From Callorhinchus milii (taxonomy: Eukaryota), in the NCBI RefSeq assembly GCF_018977255.1, contig NW_024704755.1, positions 17,794,001 to 17,858,000 of the forward strand: a stretch of DNA of 64,000 nt, in the 5' to 3' direction. How positions within the stretch are numbered: position 1 is the stretch's first letter; every line of letters starts with the position of its first letter. Shown in pieces: positions 45,001 to 56,724 of this stretch. Both the position numbers and the translations under genes were made by a program. Below the pieces are notes generated by a model that was not told the DNA's origin, did not search any database, and saw only the letters and a list, made by a program, of their open reading frames with translations.

Positions 45001-48000
45001 AAACCTTTCTCTTTGACCGAGCCTTCAGCTCCCCTCTCGACTCTCTACCCCCTCCTCGCTCCCTCCCTTCCCTCCCCTCACCCTGACCTTTCCCCCCCTC
45101 CTTGCTCTCTCTCTTCCCTCCCCTCACCCTGACCATTTCCCCCCTCCTCGCTCCCTCCCTTCCCTCCCCTCACCCTAACCATTTCCCCCTGCTCATGACC
45201 CAACTGTGCAGCGCCTTGGGACGTCCTCCTGACGTGAAAGGCGCTTTATAAATGGAATCTTGTTGTTGTTGTTGTTGTTGATCAACCCCACTCCCCCGCG
45301 CTCTCCCCATAGCCCTGATCAACCCCACTCCCCCACTCTCTCCCCATAGCCCTGATCAACCCCACTTCCCACTCTCTTAAGGAATTATTATCCCCGGAAT
45401 AGCGTCCAGCAATCGACTAACAACCTGGTTCCTACTTACTGCTTGGTAAACATAGGTGCGTGGAGTAAGGAAACTTGCCCTGTGTTTCTCCCTGCCGGGA
45501 TTCGAATCCAGGTCTCTCGCAGCCTGAGGGGTGAGGCAGTGGTGGACTCTGGCAATATTGCGGAGATGGTGGTAGGCAGTGCCGGTCATGGCGCGGATGT
45601 GGGGGAGAAAGGACAGTTCGGGGTCGAACAAGACACCCGGGTTCCTGACTGCCTTGGTGAGGTTGAATATGCAGTTGTGGAGGCTAATACTGCCAGCTCC
45701 TGAGGCCATCCATAGCCTTGCCCCCTCCTACCTCTCTGACCTGTTGACTCCCTACCAACTGCCCACTCCCTCCATTCATCGGGCTCTGACCTGCTCCATG
45801 TCTCCCGCCCGACCCCCACCTACCATCGGTGGCCGGGCTTTCAGCCTCTCTGCCCCCATACTCTGGAACTCCATCCCACCGTCTCTTCACCTCGCTTCCT
45901 CCCTCACCTCCTTCAAGGCCGGTCTCAAGACCCTTCTCTTTGACCATGTCCTTGGTCTCCCTCCCACCTCTCTGCCTTCCCTCAAGATGTAGAATTAAAA
46001 AAAGGACCCAATTTTTAAAAAACATGGAAATGTGATAACAGAATGGAACCACTTGAGATAAAGGCTGATGCTCCAACCAGAGCTAAGGTAGCACTGCATT
46101 GTGGAGTTGATGTTCCTTGGATGAAACTTTCATCTTTTGCACCTGTTCAGGCAGATATTAAAGATCCCATGGCAATTTTTGAAAACTGGTGTCCTGTCTA
46201 ACAATTCCCAAATAGGATTGGTTATTCATGTCATGGCTATCTTTGGGACATTGCTGTATTCAAATTGACTACCACATTCGCCTGCAAAATACACAGTTGC
46301 CACACTTTACAGTAAATTCTGTGAAGCACTTTGTGATGCCCTCCTGATGTGACAGGTGTTATCTCAAATGCAAATATTATTATGTGAAAGTTAATCCCAT
46401 GTTTACAGGGTTTACTAACTAAGCCAATTACCATATATTCCATCCCATCATAATCCAACTTCAACAATGGAGTTAAATAGATTTATACATATCAAACTGT
46501 TCTCATTTTACAATCAAATAATGTGTCTGTTAAATTGTGCAGTACGATAAAGCGTATACCTGCTGTTCGCCCTGAATATTCCCTTCGGTAGCTGCAGAGA
46601 AGCACAGCAATAAATAGTCAGAATGTTCCTGGGAACTATTCTCTCTTTGACCAGGTCAACAATTACAGTGTAATGACATTCCAAATCCCAAGTATCTCAC
46701 TTGTAATTGAATAGAAATCTGAAATGTTATTTTGAAACACATTCATTATAGCTTACACCCACCATAGCATCAAGGTTTTTTATATGAGTCCAGCGTCCTG
46801 ACCTCAACACCCTTCTTGGAAAAACTATTAATTCCAGTCGTTAATTCCCCTCTGGCTAAAAGGAGAACTTCTTGCTGTTGGTCACATAATTGCCTTTTGC
46901 AACACTAAACCTGTGTTATCTTGTTCCACTGTCCTGTTGCATCCCCTGGGTCCCGACCCAACTGTCAAGCGCCTTGGGACGTCCTCCCGACGTGAAAGGC
47001 ACTCTATAAATGCAATCTTGTTGTTGTTGTTGTTGATACCATGTGGCATCAGATTGTGAAGGAATCTGTTAAGATACTTTTGGAAGCCCCCACTTGCTAC
47101 GTTATGTGACTTCCCTCAATCAATTTGGTCAGTCATTTCATCCCCATTTATTTACATATAAATAAGATATGAGTTATTCAAAGGTGTAGATTTACACTAA
47201 CAAACCACAAATTGTATATTATTCAGTTATTCTCAGTTGGTTACTTAAAGAATGTTAGGTAATTTATGAATACTGAAACTGGATCAGGTCTGCCAACAAT
47301 CATGTAATCAAATTGTTAAGCAAACTAGCTTCAAAATGATGGAAATGAGGAACCTCAATATTGTGAACATTTTAGACTTAAAAACCAGTACCAGAATATA
47401 AACTTTTTAAATGAAGGTTCTATTACAAATACGGGTAAATTTCACCTTTTGATTGTTTTACTTTAACACATAACATGATGATAATTATCCCCAGTGAATT
47501 GATCAGTCCCACAACCGAACAGATGAGCACTAAGTGATCTGCAAAATTATCACAAATAAAGGTTCACTGTCCATTTACACACAATATGACACAGTGACTG
47601 TGACTTAAGTTTAAAATTCAGAGAATAAGATGTAGTCAGGCATCAAATAATATAATGACTATGTATATGTGTGTGTATTCTGTATATGGGTGCGTATATT
47701 TGTTCGCGTGTTGTGTGTGTTGGTTGTGTGTATGTGTCTACTTTGTATTGTATTTGTATTGGATATATGGGTTAGAAGGTATCCATTTGTGTACTATGTG
47801 TTGGTTCTGTTGTGTATATAAGTGCTCTGTGTGTTGTGTTTGAATGTGTGTTTGTGTGTATTGGTTGTGTGTTGTGTATCAGCTTCTCGGTAACATGACA
47901 ATATCAGACAGAATTTAAAGATTGTCACAAGTGAATATAAGAGGGAAGTCCCTCCAATGTAAATGGAAATGAAACATTGACTAGTAGAGTATACACTTTG

Positions 48001-51000
48001 AAAATCCCCAAACTAAGCTCCGAGGATAAAGGTTCCTTTTCAGCCAAGGATCCGACATGATCATCAGCTGTAATTCTACTAACAATTGATAACAATAATC
48101 TTGGCATTTGATACATTATGGTACATTTACAGCTCTTTCAAGATTTTTAAAAAAATGAACAAGAATACATTTTCAAACAATGTTCCAAATGACTAATTCT
48201 AATGGGATAAAGCATACTTTGAAGAATTATAACATTGCACTATGTGTTATATTATTATTACACATGTTTAATCTCATCTTTATAATCTTCATCATTTTCT
48301 ATTCCATCGAATTTAACATAATTGTTAAATTCTTATTTTTAACTTATGTTTGCTAACTTATTAATAATAAGCTAACTTATTTTTAGCTTATGTTTGGTGT
48401 AAATGAAACCAAAGTTACAATAGCTACCAGGCCATATTTGTTTAATATATCATCCGTCCTCAAAGCTGTGTCCGCAGTTATCTTACCTGTCTCAGTGCCA
48501 GGGACAGTGTAGCTGATGTTGGCGGCAGTGGGGAGGGACAGGTGAGATACGTGACAGGTATAAACAGCTCCGCTCTGCACCGCCTCTGTCTCGATCAATA
48601 AACTGGAAGCTTCATACAGCCCCGCGAGGTTCCTGTTTGTATTTGTTCCACTTACAATTTCTGATCCATTTTTACACCAAGTGATATTCACATCCTCCGG
48701 GTAAAAGGCCGCCGTTTTACACACGAGGGTCAGAGAAGCCGCAGCTCCGCTCCCGGACCGTGAGACCACCATCTCCAGGGGGGTCGGGGGCACTTGGGAT
48801 AGAAACAGAAACACATGTTGCATTTACACAGGTGGCAATATATAAATATAACCCAAGTTTATAATGCGAGTCCTGAAAGTTAGATAAGATTGACTCTGTA
48901 AAAGCAGAGTAAACCCAGCCTCCTGTGATTTAATAATCACATCGAACTAGTTACTGCTGCAAACCAGGTGATATTGTTACCCTCAATCCTGAATATACTT
49001 TAAACGTTTGCACAATGTGTGCGTTTTAAATGAAAAACTCCTAAAATTATGTTATATGTTTCATCTTGAAATATCAGCATTGCTTATCAGTATCAGGCCC
49101 CATGTTCTCCCCCCTCCCCATCCCAGGGCTCAGATCCACTCAGTAAATCCCTGTAAATATCTGCAACTATTATTGTGCAACTTCACCCTCTTGTACTTGG
49201 TATATTTGTTGCCGCCCTAAATAACGGATAAAGGGAAATACTCTGTTCACCCTGGAAAGTAAACACTGTATTTTACAAATCCAACAATATATCTATTGAT
49301 ATAGGCTGTTCTGAAGCAGGGGTAAGCGGGGTCTTCCTGGGGCTGAACTGGCTCCAAGGTGACATGTTTGGCAGCGAAATGTCAAATTCAAGCCAAACCT
49401 CCGTGGAGGGCTGTAGTCCTGTTCCTGAGCCAGGCGGGTCTGCAGTATTCCAGGGCATTGGTGATGACAGCACAGCCCGGCCTGGCTCATTGGCACGGCT
49501 TGGAAGGGCCAAATAGTCACTGGGGGCAGGAAGTTATCCCACTCAGCCCGTTAATGCTGCAGCCAAAGCCCTAACGGGTAGGTAGGGTGGTTCTAGCTGG
49601 ATAAGCAGCAGGAAAGCTTGTCAGACAGTGATATCAATGGCGAGCTGTGTGGGTTTAGCTGGTTAGACTCCAGCAGCATCGCAACTCACAATCAAGATTC
49701 CGACATTGGCTTTAATCAGCCCACACCTGACAAAATACTACTGCAAGTTGGTAAACAGGTTACATCCCACAAAGAGAGAGAGAGCTTTCGACACCAATAC
49801 GTGTAAATCTCCATATGTAGGTGGGATGCACGGAATTCTCCGTTTGGTTTGGACACTTTTAAGCTTAGTTATGGGTTTCTGCATGTGTCAGACACCCGGC
49901 TGGGCAAAATGCAGTGCACCGAGGGAGAACAGAGGACTCCAGGATGGATTTCCGAGGGCAGGGGTGGGGGGAGGCAGCGTTCATTTGGAAGAATTAATAG
50001 AAATAACCAGTGGAAATAGTTTCTCCCTATTTAACTTCTCAAACACCTTAAGAGTTCTGAACAGCTTCTCTCAGCTTCCTGTTCCAGTTGAACATTACTT
50101 CCCTGGTCTGTCCTATACTTCTCTATACCCTGACATAGTTCCTAACTGGACACATACCTGTGGCCTAATAAATGATTTACATTATTTTAGAATTACCTAT
50201 TTGTTTTTTATTGAATGGCCCACATAAAGAACCTTGGATTTCATTGTTTTAAACTGTCGCCAATTTACCGTCCAATTTTATACGATTAAAAATGTTCAAA
50301 ATGTTAGATATTCATCAGCAATTCTCAACATCACTTTGTGCAGAATTTACAAGATGCAACATTCAAACCCGGGGAACAGTAGTACATTGGGGGGAGAACA
50401 AGCCACGTGCAACATTGACATGTGTTCCTTCATCACCGCCAAAGGAAAGATCAGAGCGGAACCTGGACACTGACTGTTTGTTACAGACGCTCATTAATGC
50501 TCTGATCGATCCCGCGGCACAACTCGAAAAGGAGAGGGTGTTTTATCTCTCCCGGTGTCCTGGACAACAATCACTTCATAAAAATTGCCCCCCACTTCGT
50601 ACTGTTTGTGAGACATTGCTGTGTGCAAACTGACTGCCACGTTTGCCTAAAAAACACAAAGTTACCCCACTTTACAATGAAGTGCGTTGAGACGTCTCAA
50701 CGACGTGATCAGGAGCTATATCAAATGCAATATTGTTATCATTATACCCTGAGAAGCACTTTGGGATTTCTTCCCGTCATGAAACGTGCTACAACAAGTG
50801 CAAGGATTAATATTATACAGCAGTGCTACCAGTTTGCTGATACAGGCTGACACACTTCCCTTCCCTCTAAGATTAAAACAACCAAATACTGGAAATTTTA
50901 ATGAAAGCTCGACACCAATGAACATTAACTTCTGGCTAAATTACATTTTTATTTTCTCAGACATTCATTAATACTAATCGACTCCTTCGATTTACTTTGG

Positions 51001-52789
51001 AGGAATGTGAGGATTCCAAGGCATCCGTCCAGGACCCAAGTCCGTCATGTCAGCCTAGCCCAGTGGTAGCGCTCTCGCCTCTGAAGGTTGTGGGTTCAAG
51101 CCCCACGTCTTGAACTCACATCGTCTAAACTGACACTCAAATGAAGCGCTGGGGGAGTGCTACACGGTCGGAGGACTGTCCTTCAGATGAGACATTAAAC
51201 CAAGGTCCTATCGGACTTTCGGGTGGATGTTAAAGATCCCATCAAAATGAGACGAGAGTTTCTCTCTCTGGTGTCCTGGCCAACAATCCCCCCAAATAGG
51301 TCATTCGTTTGGTCAATGTATGAGCAACACTGCATTCTACAGTATATCCTCTATTTACTGCATTCCAATAATAGAGAATCTATAACTAAATAATTTATAA
51401 TAAATAGTAATCCTTGTATCTGATAAAGCATCTTTGGCATTGGGAGAACGCCTCAAAGTGCTTCACACGATTCACTTTAAAGTGCAGTGACTGTGTTTTG
51501 TAGGTGAAAGTGGCAACTAATCGCCCCAGCAATGTTCCACAAACAGCCACGAAAGAGCAATTTTATTTGGAGTATTGCCGGCCAGTAATTATCTAAACCC
51601 ACAACTATGCTCGTTGTCTTCATCTCTTACTGTTTGAATGTGAACCACGTTGGTCACGTACTGAATTGATAAAACAATTGAGGGTGAGAACAAGCCTTCA
51701 GAAAAGCTTATGGTTATTGCTTCATGATATGTCACAGTCAATAAAGTATTTACATGTTAAGCATATCTAAATATGAATCGACAACAGGGCTCTCATTATT
51801 TTGGAACCAACCCCTTACAAAGAAGATGTGTAAGACAGACAGAACAGTTATTCACATTAACCAGCAATATAAACTATATTAGTTCTTTCTTTTACGATGA
51901 GACTCATACAAAGCTGGCTCACCACCCGAAGCTGGCTCTCTGGTCACACAGCGATAGGCTCTCAGTCATTTAAAGTTCATGTTAGAGGATTGCATGAGCT
52001 GTGTGATTGGTGTCCATTGAAACATACTTATTTCTGTAACATTTCCATAGTGTTTAAACGGGAATTTGGTCCCATTTTACTTCGCAATAATAATTGTTTG
52101 TATGTAGCAAAATGTATAACGGACAATTGTAACCAAATATAAGAACATTGTTTGGGTGAAAGTTGCAAAATACAAAATATATTTTATTATAACTTTATTA
52201 AAACCCGAAAAAAACCTAACCCGCCGCCTCGACTGTCACTGCGGCTACTCACCGAACACCAGCAGCCGTGTGCCAGGGCCCTGCGCTCCGCTTCTGTGTC
52301 TCACTCGGCAGCGGTACACTCCCGCGTCCTGCAGTCTGGCTGAGAACAGCTGCAATGCACAACTTGCTCTGTTTAGGAAATAAATCTGGATCCTTCCATC
52401 TCTGCCGTCCTCCAGGGAACGATTTTCTCCTTCTCGCCACCAGTCCACCTTTGCTGGTTTCTGATCTTTATAGAGTGGCCAAAAGCAGTAAATGGTAACT
52501 TCTCCGCCTCTGCTCACTGTGGCGACCCGAGGGTTTTGACCCACAGTCAGTGAGGTCCCGCCAGCCGTTGCCAAAACAGAAAACCATGTGTGTGCAACAC
52601 AAGCGACCAAAGACCAAACAACTGCTATAAGCTCAACCAAACACGTGCGGGAAACAGAGAGCGACATTCAACACCGACTACAGGGCTGGGGAGAAATGAG
52701 CAGCAATGGTGTGAGTGAGGAATGAGCAGATTACCTGTGTGAATAGCCCCCAGCAGCAACAGGCAGTGAGGGACACATGTGGCAGCCAT
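39031..52789 (-). CDS. Gene B: paralogous VJ-C1-TM receptor with a different TM and tail; V-exon acceptor mutated (possible pseudogene or V-less isoform)
   Basis: Exons (-) 52789-52735, 52567-52253, 48792-48487, 47538-47446, 46591-46560, 46458-46432 and 39099-39031. Phases 1,1,1,1,0,0; ~298 aa if the V exon is included. Confidence 0.75.
39280..39835 (+). mobile_element. Old L2 3' fragments
   Basis: RILT...PILTRLHWL-like text and a gccttcagccactatgccccgaggctctggaactcc segment. Confidence 0.55.
39835..41135. repeat. C-rich minisatellite built from ggctcctccccc(c/a) units
   Basis: About 1.3 kb of a degenerate 11-20 bp unit. The Pro- and Gly-rich ORFs here are artefacts of the repeat. Confidence 0.92.
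41325..41720 (-). repeat. CR1 3' end with an expanded ~24 bp minisatellite (accccactcccccactctctccccaca); resumes at 45281-45375
   Basis: Reverse CR1 terminus (aatcagaattatacagcacagaacgaggcc), then the tandem unit related to 10915-11250. Confidence 0.85.
41720..45280 (+). mobile_element. Near full-length young L2 LINE: intact APE endonuclease, RT with ~137 bp deletion, 3' UTR and (gtt)n tail
   Basis: Open frame 41875-44265 with LQNVRSL, ALTETW, GGGVAL, LYRPP, ILGDFN, LDLVI, SDH, then RT motifs. The GVPQG..YADD segment is missing at 44236/44237. Confidence 0.93.
45520..45990. mobile_element. L2 fragments in mixed orientation
   Basis: VLFDPELSFLPHIR (-) and AIHSLAPSYLSDLL...FKAGLKT (+). Confidence 0.65.
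46432..46458 (-). CDS. Gene B 27-nt micro-exon LDYDGMEYM
   Basis: ctccattgttgaag acceptor and atg|gtaatt donor, phase 0-0. Confidence 0.6.
46560..46591 (-). CDS. Gene B cytoplasmic exon 1 (ATEGNIQGEQQ)
   Basis: tgtgcttctctgcag acceptor and cag|gtatac donor, phase 1-0. Confidence 0.7.
47446..47538 (-). CDS. Gene B transmembrane exon DHLVLICSVVGLINSLGIIIIMLCVKVKQSK
   Basis: ataattttgcag acceptor and g|gtgaaa donor, 93 nt, phase 1-1; hydrophobic helix followed by basic residues. Confidence 0.82.
47655..47880. repeat. Degenerate (GT/AT)n low-complexity tract
   Basis: Direct reading. Confidence 0.7.
48487..48792 (-). CDS. Gene B C1-set exon (identical to gene A but 12 nt shorter)
   Basis: Same translation up to PGTET, then donor g|gtaaga. 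Confidence 0.9.
52253..52567 (-). CDS. Gene B VJ exon with non-canonical (AA) acceptor
   Basis: Coding sequence matches gene A; the preceding intron ends ttttggcaa instead of ttttggcag. Confidence 0.75.
52735..52789 (-). CDS. Gene B signal-peptide exon
   Basis: Mirror of 22726-22780. Confidence 0.78.
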
Positions 52790-55700
52790 GGGGAGCTGTG
52801 TCAGGGACCTGGGGGCAGATTAGGGATTGGAGTTAGCACCAGAGCAATTGGAAACGGACAATGACGTTCAGCATCACGTGCCGACACTTGAGTTTCAACA
52901 ACAACAACTTACTTTCATATGAGAGCGCAACAACACATTGCGGTTATACAGCGCCTTTCACATTGCGAGGATGTCCCACAGCGTTGGACAGTCCAAGCTG
53001 GGGGTTGAAGTCAAGTGCGGTGGAGGGCAAGGGGGTGGAAAGATGACTGAAGGTGCTGTCGAAGAGGAAGCTCTTGAGACGGACTTTGAAGGAGGTAAGG
53101 GAGGGAGGGAGAGGGTGGGTGGGTTAAAGTGCAGGGGCAGAATGTCTCAAGGCCTGACCACTGATGATGGGGTGGTCCGGTCAGAGACCACCGAGCGGAG
53201 GGAGCAGACAGGTCAGTAATGTTTAGTAGGTCACAGAGGTTGGAAGGAGAAAGACCGTGGAAGGCTTTAGAGGTGAGGATGAGAATCTTAAACGCTACCC
53301 TCTGGGGAACGGGGAGCCAGTGGAGCCGGGCGAGAATGGGGAATGATGGGGTCACGGAGCTCAGTGTGGGAGAGGATACTAGCTGCAGAGTTGTGTATAA
53401 CAGCACATGGGATAGACCTTTACACAGAGAGGATGATCAGAAGAGGATGGCATCCTTCTGTGCTGTATAATTCTATGATTCCATAACCGATGGTGGTCTT
53501 ATTACATGTCCGTGTGAGAAGATATGATTTGCTGAGGTTATCTTTCAGCAGATACGGAGAAGTGAGATGTGGGAAGGACCTGCCCGGCTGGACAGGACAG
53601 GGAGCTGCAGTGGGGACAGATCAGGCCTGTTGGATGTGCCCAGGATAAAAATTGGGGAATGGACAGCTCAGAGACAGAGGCAGAGATGAGGCTTCCTGAA
53701 ATAGGGAGAAATCCTGCCGAATCTTTGGACTAACTGTTGGTGTCAATTTGCACTTTCGTTGTGCCTATTCAATCTTCGAAAATCCAACCACAATGTCTGT
53801 GGTCAGTCGCTAATCTAACTCTTCTGAACTGATGGGAGCACTTACTGTAAGAGCTCACACCACACTGAGCGCTGGTACCGTCCGCTACAGCCACAAACAC
53901 AGCTACAGTGTGGAGTGGGCTATGGGTATCTCAAGCTGTGCTGTGACAGTGTGTAACGGCGCCTCGTGTGCTGCACATTGACATTGTTGGAAAGACTCAC
54001 ATGAATTAGAGCGAAGACAACGTGTTCCCCATTGACGGGAGGGTTCCCAAGCCTTGGCCGCCGGCCCAAGGCCAATGGCTGGTGTGTGACCAGGAGCCAT
54101 GTGCTGCCACATTGATCTGCCTTCACCTCGCCCACAGCGCGCCCTCACTCCACAAACAGCAAACACACTCTGACGCCTCGGAGACTTTCTCCCAAGTGGA
54201 AAGCACATTTCAAACATTTCAAACCTGACCAGAGCGGGAACTGAGGCTCATTTTCTTCTCCCCCCAAATCCCGACCAGAAACAGCCAACTCAGCAGCGAT
54301 GGGCAATAGGAGCTCACACTTCCCAACTGTGTGGCTGAGGAGCGCCTGGTGTGCTGCTGTGTGGATGGACCCACTCGCTATACTGCTCTGTTAGTTGTGG
54401 AGTTCATGTGAGGATGATGTTGATAGTAAACTCTGACATTATAAATGTCACATATGTCCCGTGTTGTGTGTTAGCTCAGAAACTGGGACTGTGTTTGAGT
54501 GCTGAGTTGGTAACTGGACTCAGGAAACCAAAAGCTTCTGAAGTCTCATTCTCAACCCTCTCCCACAAACCCCTCTCGTTTATTTCTTTGAGACTATTTT
54601 CCTCTCGATCTATTGGGAGTGTTTGGGTTAAATTGCCACAGCGGCACTCGGGGCACATACACATCGTGTTACTGAACGATTCCCTGCACTGCTGTATTCC
54701 CTGTCAGTGCCCCCACCCCCCGCGCTGTTTGCCCACCAGGTACCCTCTCAGGGTCGGGGCTCCTCGCACTGCGCCTCACATATTGAGTGTGACTGAGCTG
54801 TGCTCATTGCCACCCGCAGCTCCCCCTGTGCTCCCGAGGTTCCTACTGATTCGGACATAAATAATCTTCAGGCCGCTGCTGGGAAAGTATAACCAGATTT
54901 CCTGGTGCCAAATGGGAATTAAATTGTTCTGCTATCGTGTAAATGTGTGAGATTTGGGGCAAATGACTTCCCCGCAGTATTTTTCGAAAATCTAGTTTGT
55001 AAATTGAACCCATTCCCCACAGTGCTGCGCCGGTGGTTGGTTTGCAAACCCCACAGTCGCGGGTTCAGAGATTTAGTGAGATTCAAAGATTACGCATCTG
55101 TGGTCACTTTCTGTGCATTGGCAATGTGCAGTGCGGTGTCAACGTGCAGTTGCGATTGTCTTTAAATATATTGAATGGTACGAAATTGCTGGGTTTCTCA
55201 TTTTGCCTGAACATCTTCACAACTTCAGGTGAAGAATATCTGATCTGATACCAGTTAAAGGGGACAACATAGTGATTGGCAGCTGCATTAGGCAAACAGA
55301 GAGCTCATGACAGTTTCCAAAAGACCAATGTGCAAGTAAACTGATCTGAATATAAATACAAATCGCAGTCTAAATAACAGGGTGAGTTTCCACAGCGTCA
55401 CCTACGGGGACAATATGCAAAGCAAAACCAATTTAAATACCAAGTTAAATACAAGGATTCAAAGCAAATGTTTTTGATACTATGGAGCAAAAATATATAC
55501 TAATATTTTCATTTGAAGCATAAGATGACAGCGAGTTCCAAAGTTTACTCAAACAAGAAGTTTAAACAGAAATCTCTTATCGAGTTGTGACTAAACAATG
55601 TTACACGCCTGTGCTCGGTGCTCGCCTTGGTGTACATGTGGCGCCCATAATAATCCCTCCAAAACCAAAAACAATAATAAATTGGTCATTTTCAATCTGC

Positions 55701-56693
55701 GACTGTTTGTGGGACATTGCTGTGCGCAATCGGCCGCCGCGTTCGCCCACACATATACAGTCAACCCACTTTAAATTTACAGTGTGTTCTGTAAAGCGCT
55801 TTGGGACGTCCTCCCGAGGCGAAAAGCGCTATATCAAATGCAAGGATTATTATTATTATTATTATCATTTCCTCTGTGTGTATTTGTGTGTCTCAGTGGA
55901 GAATTACAAACCTACCATTAACTACCCTGAGGTAAGAGTTTTCCTTCGGTGAAATTTTTTTAATAAATATATCATATAGTTTACATAAGACAGTATCAAA
56001 TGTCACGATTATTATTATATTATTATGTAATAGTCCTTGATTGCTTTGTTGGGATTTTTAATCATAAAACGATATACGATGGCATTGCTTGAGGCCATGA
56101 CTGCTGAAAACCTCGTCTGCTGTACATTGATATTCTGCGCCCAGAGCCGGGACGCGGGACGCAGTGGGGAGGGGGCGCGTATGTGTGGTGTTCCATGGGC
56201 GGTAGATGTGAGAAACAAAGTTTTGACCTGGCAGCCGGTAAATTCTGGATTAACAAGTGTGGCAGAGGCGTTACGAGTTGTGCGATTAATAATAATAATA
56301 ATCCTTGTATTTGATATAGCGCTTTTCACATCTTCTAGACATCTCCAAGCGCTTCACAGAATAGACTGTAAACAACAGCAACAACAAGATTTCAGACCCG
56401 AGCTGAAATGGGGGGGTAAGGGAGCGGAGGGGAAGGGGGTTGGCCGATGGCATGGTTTACAAAGTAAAGTGAATTGACTGTATATTTGTCGGCAAACTGC
56501 GGCAGCCAATTGCGCACAGCAGTGTCCCACAAACAGTCGTGGATTGAAATGACCAAATTATTATGTTTTTTTGAGGGTTTATTATCAGGTGTGTGGAGTT
56601 AGGAAACTTGCCCAAGGTTTCGCCCTGCTAGAAATCAAACCTAGGTCTCTCACTTGCAAAGTGAGTGCTCTAACCACTGAGCTACAGGACTCC

Positions 56694-56724
<31 letters not shown>

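Noticed and set aside
46770-46855. Possible extra gene B exon (ARGELTTGINSFSKK...)
   Set aside because: It hits a stop before the nearby donor, and TM to 46591 already splices in frame.
47925-48116. Alternative TM candidate for gene B
   Set aside because: Not hydrophobic enough and no in-phase donor; 47446-47538 fits far better.
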